Of a stretch of DNA of 64,000 nucleotides, positions 55,601 to 64,000 are shown in pieces (position 1 is the stretch's first letter; each line of letters opens with the position of its first letter). The translations under genes were made by a program, and so were the position numbers. Under the pieces are notes generated by a model. The model worked only from the letters and a program-made list of their open reading frames with translations, was not told the DNA's origin and searched no databases. Location: assembly GCF_009914755.1 (NCBI RefSeq), contig NC_060926.1; one strand, given 5' to 3'. The stretch comes from the human T2T-CHM13v2.0 reference genome, Homo sapiens.

Positions 55601-56268
55601 AATTCAAAATTACTATAAGTCCACACTAAGCAAGATAGAATGCTGCCAGTGTGAGGATAAACATATAGATCAGTGGTACAGAATTGAGAATCCTGAAATA
55701 AACACATTTGTGGTCAAATAATTTGAAAAAAGGTGTCAAGGCAATTCAGTGAGGAAAAAAATAGCCTTTCATATAAACAATACAGGGACAACTGAATGTC
55801 CACATGTCAAAAGACTGATGTAGACCTGTATGTCCCATCGTACAACAACTCAAAAATGTCTCAGAGACCTCATATAAAAGTCAAACTCATAAAACATCCA
55901 CAAGAAAATATATGAGAAAATATTTGTTAACTTTAAGGAGACACCAAAAGTGCAACTCATAACAACAAAAAAAGATAAATTGAAATTCATCCTAATTAAC
56001 AATTTTAAGCTTTGAAAGATATCATGAAAAAGTTAAAAGACAAGACATAAAGTGGAAGAAAATACTTGCAAATCATATATAGGATAAATGACTAGTTACG
56101 AGACTTTATCTAGAACTGTTACAATTCAATAATAAAAAAACAATCGAACAACCCAATTTAAAAATGGGTAAAATATTTGGATAGACATTTCACCAAAGAA
56201 GATATATGAATGGCTAATAATCACATGAAAAGGTGCAAACATTATTAGTAATTACGAAAATGAAAATT

Positions 56269-56634
<366 letters not shown>

Positions 56635-57261
56635 GGAAAAAGACAATACCAACTGTTGACCAAGATATGGAAAACTAAGAACCCTCATAAGTTGCTGGGG
56701 AAAATGTACTGCCACTTTGAAAAAGTTTGGCAGTTATTTAAAAAGTTAACATAAACTTATCAAATAACCCACCAATTTCATTCTGAGGAATATAAGAGGA
56801 AAGGAAACAAACACCCACACAAAGGCTTGCATAGGAATGTTTATATTTATAGCAGCATTCTTCATAGCAGCCCCAAACTGGAAGCAATACATATTTTCCT
56901 CAACTGTTCAACAGACCAAATGAAAGGTAGCCATATAAAAATTCAATACCATTCAGTAATAAAACGGACAAGTTATTGGTAGATGCTAGGTTGTGAATGA
57001 ACTTCAAAATGTCATGCTAAGTGAACAGAGTCAGATGCAAAAGAGTCAGATGCAAAAGACCATATTTTGTATGATCCCATTTGTAGGAAAAGCTCAATAA
57101 AGGCTAAAATATAAATACAGAAAGTAGATTAAGGACTGCAATGTTCTAAAACTAGACTGTTGATTGCACAACTCTATAAATTTACTCAAAATTGAAATAC
57201 ACATACACACATGCAACTAGAACTCTCTATATAGCTGCTTATTAAAATTTATTTTCCCTTA

Positions 57262-57925
57262 GTCCATGTGCAGTGGCTCACACCTGTAATCTCAACACTT
57301 TGGGGAGCTCAAACAGGAGGATCACTTGAGCTTAGGAGTTTGAGACCAGGCTGGTTGTGTTAGTCCATTTCATACTGTGGTAAAGAACTGCTAAAGACTG
57401 AATAATTTATAAAAGAAAGAGGTTTAATTGACCCAAAGTTCAGCATGGCTGGGGAGGCTTCAGGATACTTACAATCACGGAGGAAACAAGGCACTTTCCT
57501 CACAAGGCTGCAGGACAGAGAAGTGCTGAGCAAAGGGGGAAGAGCTACTTACAAAACCATCAGATTTTGCGAGACTCACTCACTATCACGAGAACAGCAT
57601 GGGGGAACTCACCCCTATAATTTAATTACCTCCACCTGGTCTCTCCTTTGACACAAGGGGATTCTGGGGATTACAATTCAAGATGATATTTGGGTGGGGA
57701 TACAAAGCCTAACCATATCACTGAGCAACATAGCAAGACCCTGTCTGTACAAAAAAATACAAAAATTAGAGGGCTGTGGTGGTATGTGCCTGTAGTTCCA
57801 GCTACTTGGGAAGCTGAGGCAGGAGGATCACTTGATCTTGGGAGGTCAAGGCTGCAGTGAGCTGTGATGATGTCACTACACTCTAGCCTGGGAAACAGAA
57901 TGAGACCCTGTCTCAAAAAAACAAA
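57262..57925 (+). mobile_element. AluJ split by a THE1D LTR (Alu parts 57262-57355 and 57721-57925)
   Basis: Left part ends ...tttgagaccaggctggt and resumes ctgagcaacatagcaagaccc. J diagnostics ggaggatcacttgag and ggtcaaggctgcagtgagctgtgat. Confidence 0.9.
57356..57720 (-). mobile_element. THE1D solo LTR
   Basis: tgtgttagtccatttcatactg...ttacctccacctggtctctcc...caaagcctaaccatatca. Decayed 5-bp TSD ctggt / ctgag. Confidence 0.9.
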
Positions 57926-57961
57926 CTTCCCAATTCCTCTACCACTACAAAAAATATTTTC

Positions 57962-58101
57962 TTATTACTTTTTTTTTTTTTTGAGACAGAATCTCGCTCT
58001 GTCGCCCAGGCTAGAGTACAGTAGCCCAATCTTGGCTCACTGCAAGCTCCGCCTCCCAGATTCACGCCATTCTCCTGCCTCAGCCTCTCGAGTAGCTGGG
58101 A
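57962..58101 (-). mobile_element. 5'-truncated AluY (right arm only)
   Basis: T tail, cactgcaagctccgcctccc, ttcacgccattctcctgcc. 15-bp TSD acaaaaaatattttc at 57947-57961 and 58102-58116. Confidence 0.95.
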
Positions 58102-58623
58102 ACAAAAAATATTTTCATGTGTTACTATGGAGTTTGCGCTTATTGTGTTTGCTTTCTCTTGGTTAATCATGAATATATATTTCAATATCACATGATTTTA
58201 TGATGCTGCTCAAACCAATAACTTTACTACAATAATGTAAGTAAAATAAGAAGGGAACAGCAAAAAATCATAAGAATTTCATGGAAGGGAGCACATCCCC
58301 ATGCTGCTCAGGAAAGCATTAAGGGACAAAAAAAAAAAAAAAAAAGATAGAGTCCTCACTGTTTTAGATGGATAGTAAATATTCTAGGTATTGTAGATAT
58401 TTATAAGAAAAAGCACAGGAAAAAATATGTTCAGTGTATATTCAGGAAACAGCCATTACTACAATTCCCAATGAGTAGGGCTTGGAAAGAATAGTTGCCA
58501 TCATTGGACAAAGGAACAGAGAGCTTGAACTCCAACTGGTGGAAAAGCACCATACACTTTAGGAGAATCTCCTGAATGAATGAAAGGATCTCATTACGAA
58601 TCAAAGTTGCCTTATTTATTAAG

Positions 58624-58981
58624 TGTATTGGTCTGTTTTCACACTGCTGATAAAGACATACCCAAGACTGAGTAATGGAGGTTTCATGGACTTACAGTTC
58701 CACATGGCTGAGGAGGCCTCATAATCAGGGCAGAAGGCCAGGAGGAGCAAGTCACATCTTACATGGATGGCAGCAGGCAAAGAGAGAGCTTGTGCAGGGA
58801 AACCCCACCTTATAAAACCAGCAGATCTTGTCAGACTTATTCTCTATCATGAGAACAACACGGAAAAGACCCACCCCCATGATTCAATTACCTCCCACTG
58901 GATCCTTCCCATAACACATGGGAATCATGGGAGCTACAATTCAAGATGAGATTTGGGTGGGGGCACAGACAAACCATATTA
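58624..58981 (-). mobile_element. THE1B/C solo LTR
   Basis: tgtattggtctgttttcacactgctgataaagacatacc...gagatttgggtgggggcacagacaaaccatatta. TSD ttaag / gtaag. Confidence 0.95.
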
Positions 58982-60879
58982 GTAAGGAATGTACATCCCA
59001 TTTGAAGAGATATTATTATTTCAAGTGTTCCTGAAGCTCTGTTTTCTAATGAGTACATTTTAAATTCTGTTGTGAGTCCTCATTTTACTTTCATAGAAGT
59101 TATTAAATTATTGTTATGGCATGTATTTGGAAACTGACACAAAGCAATATTTTTATATATAGTCATCATCTTCACATGTGATAAAAAATTTATATAGAAT
59201 TAATTTCAACTTGGTTGTTGATAAAAGTAAAGTCACAGAATTCTTTAAAATATATCATTAAATATGGGGATATTAGAAAAAGAGATGCTCAGGAGCCATA
59301 TACTCCTGTGTTTTTGTGATCATTTTAGAGAAAAGTCTTTGTCTTCTACACTTGCTTTTAAAAAGAGACCAAAAGAAATATAGTATAAAAGAAAAAAGTA
59401 TAATATAAATGGAGTATAAAATATCCATGAAGTATACTTTTCTTTCCAAAATTGAATGTTATTTTATAAGTTTTAATGAAATAAAAAATTCCATTATTGC
59501 CTTTCCTATGTCTTTGTGAGAACTGCAAAATATCACTAAACAAGACCTTTTCCCAATTTACTGAATGATTTGAGATGTAAGATTTTTAATTGTCTGCTAA
59601 ATGCCACCAAAAATATATATTTCCTACTATCTATTCAAGGCATCTTTTTATTCAACACCTGTGATAATGATAATTTTTTAGAACTTCTAATCAGTGGAAA
59701 ATTTCAGTGTAAATTCCAATGTATTAAAGACTTAAAAAGCAAGAAAAGATGTTATTGTAATTGTTATTATATTTATTTTATATTAGATATAAGTATTGAT
59801 TCCAGATTATTTCTAATATCATATGTATCCTTAAATATACATTATTATTACCAGTGTTGACTCCTTCATTGATATATTTGCAACTCTTTCTAAGCAAAAT
59901 TCTATGACTTCTCACAATATGTTTTCTCTCATGTAGACAGCTCCAAACAATGTATTTTATCATTTGACGTCACTAAAATTATTAGAAGACCCAATAATAG
60001 ACCTGTTTTATTAATATATGTTGAAGACACTTATGGAGTTAGGAACATTTTCTAAAAAGCACACAAGGAGATAGCCAAATGAGCTACATTTTGTAAAAAG
60101 TAATTCTCCTAGTCTAGATAAGATAGTGAGACTAGCCATTAGTTTATTCAGTAAACTTATTCTACTTTTAGTATGTAGTATGTAGGGGTGAGTTTAATAA
60201 TAAAGCTATGCTTTTTCATTTAAAAAATTTTAACTTTTTTTAACTTGTGATTCTTGATAGTTTTCTTTATGACAAAATTTAGTCCATATCCAGCTTAATA
60301 CAAAAAATAAAAAACAAAACAAATACTTATGATCTCAAAATCAAGAAAGAATAATTGTGGGCAGGACTCACTTAGAAGTCTTCTTTCTTGAGCTAACTTT
60401 ACTATCTCCTGCTGTAATTTCTAGAAAATTTTCCTAACTCTGTGTTTCCAACATATATTAATAAAGCAGGTCTATCATCAGGTCTTCTAATAATTTTATT
60501 GAATTAAAGAGAAAAATATTGAGTGAGTTGCCTTTAGAGTTTTTATTAATGGCTAAAATATGCATTTGTCTGCAATGTCTGCCTAAAAAGTTAGTTACCA
60601 AGATCTAGTGAATCTTAAAATCAGTTTGCTTCATTTACATACAGAAGTAATATTAGTTGACAGTGTCAGTATATCTGTGGGAAACACCAGATACATTCAA
60701 AACATAAAATACAAAATAAAGAGCAAACACAAAGTTTATATTTAATTAAAGCAAAATAGATAATCTAATAGTAAATTTTGCAACAGAGAATAATCTGAAT
60801 TTATTCAGTCCCTTTGGAAGATTTTTAGATTTTTTCCAACAGGATCTGCTCACACACAAAAATTCAATGCAGTTTATTA

Positions 60880-61335
60880 ACAGTTAGCATATCATCTCTA
60901 AATGAAGCTCATTGCAATCTAAAATGGACCCTGTAAGGAGCTAATGAGCAAGATCCTGCCTGATATCGACAATTAATCAGACATAAAAGCATTTAGGATC
61001 AGGACCCGTTGACAAGCATGTACACTCATACAGACTTCAATGAAAGATGGTATGTGAACATATTTGTCTAATTGTACATTGGGTTTTCGAACAAATTCCC
61101 ACCAAAACACTTAATTATCTGCAGAGGTGATGCTTCCATTTCAGAATCTGTAGGAAGCTTTTTGGTTGCTGTAACCATATATAATGGATTAAATGAAGTT
61201 TAATAAGCTTTGTTTCCAATTTTCCCATTTTAATTGCTATAGCAACCTGAAGCCAAAGTTGGATCACTGGATAGAGTAACTGAGCAATTAAAAGCAACCA
61301 TCTTTGTCCTCTGATAGAATTATCCTTGGCCCTTA
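60880..61335. promoter_or_regulatory. Candidate conserved non-coding element
   Basis: Unique sequence with several TAATT/AATTA homeodomain cores and an RFX X-box-like palindrome TTGCTATAGCAA(C) at 61234-61246. Motif evidence only. Confidence 0.25.
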
Positions 61336-63559
61336 AGGAAAAAAAAAAAAAAAAAAACAACAAGTATTTAAAATAAATGAAAATTTGGAACATGACAAAA
61401 ATATCTTTTTACATTGAAAATGGGAAATTATACATTAGTTAGCATTTATATTTCTCCTTTTAAAGTTTATAGTTGAAAATATTCAAAATGAATATTTTAT
61501 ATCAACTTTAAACATAAGAAATGAGTTATAACTAATATGAATGAGTGTATCTCATAACTAATAAATTACTTACATCTGATTTCACCCTGACATATGAAAA
61601 AGAGGAAACAAAAACACATACCTGTTGTATCGTTCTTTGCTTTTAAAAATAAAATATCTTGATTTATTTTTGAAGTAATTTTGTTATATTTAAGGGACCT
61701 TTGAGTTTAATTTCTCTAACAGGTCAAATTGTAGATTAATCTCTCCTCTGCTCCCTTTCCAATATGTGATTTTTTTCCATCTTCACATAGTTTATTTAAA
61801 ATTTGTAATTTCTGAAACAATAAAAGGAAAACACAAAATTTGTTTTTTAAGTGTTGTAGTTAAATATAGCCTTTGCATACTATTGAAGATAAAATAGCTC
61901 CAGGTGTTTCTGAGTGAGATCTTTAGTTATAGATACATTCATTGCTTTAGAATACAATATCATACTAATAGTTTATGCTGATTTGATCTTTCTTAGTTTA
62001 GAAGCTTGCTTTTCTCTTTCAAAGGGAAATCAACAAAGAGTATTGCTTTCTTGCAAATTGGCAGGAAGGTTTCCAGCATAATGAAAGAGTGCAGAAAAAA
62101 CAAGTTAATTCAAGGATAAAACTGTGAATAAGTAGAAGAGAAGACTACACCAGGAAAAGAGACGGAGATAGAGGCCCAATAGAGTAAGTAATTTTAGAAG
62201 AAATTTAATACTGGAAGAATAGATGTTTTCCAGAATAAAGAGAAACATAAGCTAAAATGGATAATTTCCTTAACGCTATGCCATATAGAAATGCAAATTT
62301 ACATACAAATAAATTAACAGTTATTTACTGTATAAATATTATTCTGATAATATTATTTCTTTATAGATTTAGCTCCTATATTTTACTTAAAATGAGAGCA
62401 CAATTGTTAAATACAGTTTATACACTAAGTCTTTGAGACAGAAATATGTGGCTTGTAAGAGAATGACCTGATTCAAATGCCAAATTAAACCAATAATTTT
62501 AACTAAACGCATACTCTGGTCATCTATCTTCATGTAATCTCTCCAAATCTGTCAATAAAATATCAATGCAAATATAAACAAAAAGAAAACAGCAACAAAA
62601 ACTAGTATTTATAGCCAACTTATTGCAAAATTTGGGAGGTACAAAACTTTCAGAGTTGAAAGGAGAATTACATATACATTTTGCTTAAGATAATACAAAT
62701 ACAGTAGTTTGACAAGGATGTAGAGATATTTTATTTATTGCTTATAGATTGGATGATGGCTCATAATCTGTAATAGGCACTGAGAAAACAAAGCAGATGC
62801 AATAAAACAGCTGAGGGTTGCCACCTCTCTTCCAATTTCTTCCTCCCATAATCAACTTCTCTTCAAATGTAATCAGAAATGACAACTTCATCGCTCAGAA
62901 AACCACAGGTCAGATACAGAAAAGTAATGCTTGGATAAATTATATCATGGGAGATATAAAGCTCAGCTACAAAGTCCAGAAATACAACAGACAGAAACAG
63001 AAAGAGCCATGGGGAAACTTGATGCTGAAATTGGGGTTTTTAGCATTGACTGTTACTTCTGTGGGGGTTGGAGTTGATGCCACTTGGATTAGCAGAGCTT
63101 CTTCATTAATGCTTGCTAACCCTTAAAATCAGTGTGCAAATATCAATTAGTCCTTTAGCTGGGCAAAGACAGTTCAACATACTGATAGGCAGACAACTAG
63201 GCTAAGGGTAAGCCCTAGCCCCTGTTTATAGGAAATCACTCAGCCTGGAAACAATCAAGCTGAAGTTGAAAACTACAAAAACTAGAGTCAGAGAAACATG
63301 ATGACCCAAAAATATCAGTGTAATTGAAGTGAATAATCTTCAATTGAGTCTTTACCCTGAAGACTCAAGTGAAGATTAAATCTCTCACTGTATTTAAATA
63401 TCACAAAAGAATACAATGTTAGAATAAAAAAAACACTAATTTCTCAAGTAATTCAATAAAATAAAATAACATATTAAGTCTGTGAAACAGAATAAGTTTA
63501 ACAAGAAGGAACAGATTAAAATTAAAATGGAATTGGGTAAGAGGATGTATAAAAGGAAA

Positions 63560-63950
63560 TTATCTGTCTATGAAGGGCAATTTGGTAATGTTTCTCAAAA
63601 ATACAAACAAAAAAAAAAGAGGAAAAACACAAAGATTCTGAATGCTAACAATTATGATTTTTAGGAATGTATCCTATATATCTTCACTCCTGTGAAAGAG
63701 ACTTACATACAAAGACTATTTGAAAGAATTGTTTGTACTGTCAAAAGATTGAACACAAAGTAGATCTCAAAAGAAACACTAAATTATGCAAATCCATTTA
63801 ATGCAATATCCTGTAACTATTAAAACTGAGGGACAATTAAAGAAGATTGAAAGATATTGAGGGATATATACATATTAAAACAAGGATTGATTTCTAAGAT
63901 AGATAATTTTGTAAAACAAATCAAGTTGCCAAAAATGTATAATAAAGTAT
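63560..63950 (+). mobile_element. Very old L1 (L1ME-like) 3' fragment
   Basis: gaagggcaatttggtaat, ttttaggaatgtatcct, attgtttgtactgtcaaaagattg, taaattatgc...ctattaaaa. Confidence 0.5.
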
Positions 63951-63956
63951 ATTTCT

Positions 63957-64000
63957 GGCCGGGCATGGTGGCTCATGCCTGTAATCCCAGTACTTTGGGA
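63957..64000 (+). mobile_element. Alu 5' end, cut by the window edge
   Basis: ggccgggcatggtggctcatgcctgtaatcccagtactttggga. Confidence 0.95.

Noticed and set aside
57027-57056. 15-bp tandem duplication agagtcagatgcaaa
   Set aside because: An ordinary slippage duplication inside a dead L1 3' UTR.

Overview
This is AT-rich primate genomic DNA, very likely human given the AluY/AluS/AluJ, L1PA and THE1 content. It has no credible protein-coding exon, tRNA, rRNA or CRISPR array, and none of the ORFs in the supplied track resembles a real protein. Much of the window is recognisable repeat: two long ancient L1s (minus strand 1-7000; plus strand about 47083-54484), further L1 fragments, eight Alus plus a FAM monomer, six MaLR solo LTRs (all on the minus strand), L2/MIR/MER fossils and microsatellites. 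Repeat-poor unique stretches between them contain some enhancer- or promoter-like patches. Two features stand out. (1) A ~990 bp minus-strand retroposed insert (51692-52681) sits inside the L1MB, with a duplicated target site and a poly(A) signal. From memory I recognise it as part of the MDM2 3' UTR, apparently in an ancestral state and ending at an internal poly(A) site. (2) A ~1 kb TA-rich insertion (3760-4750) is built as a patchwork of copies of nearby sequence in both orientations. All family and subfamily calls were made by eye from remembered consensus sequences. No database search was run, and I could not identify the locus.
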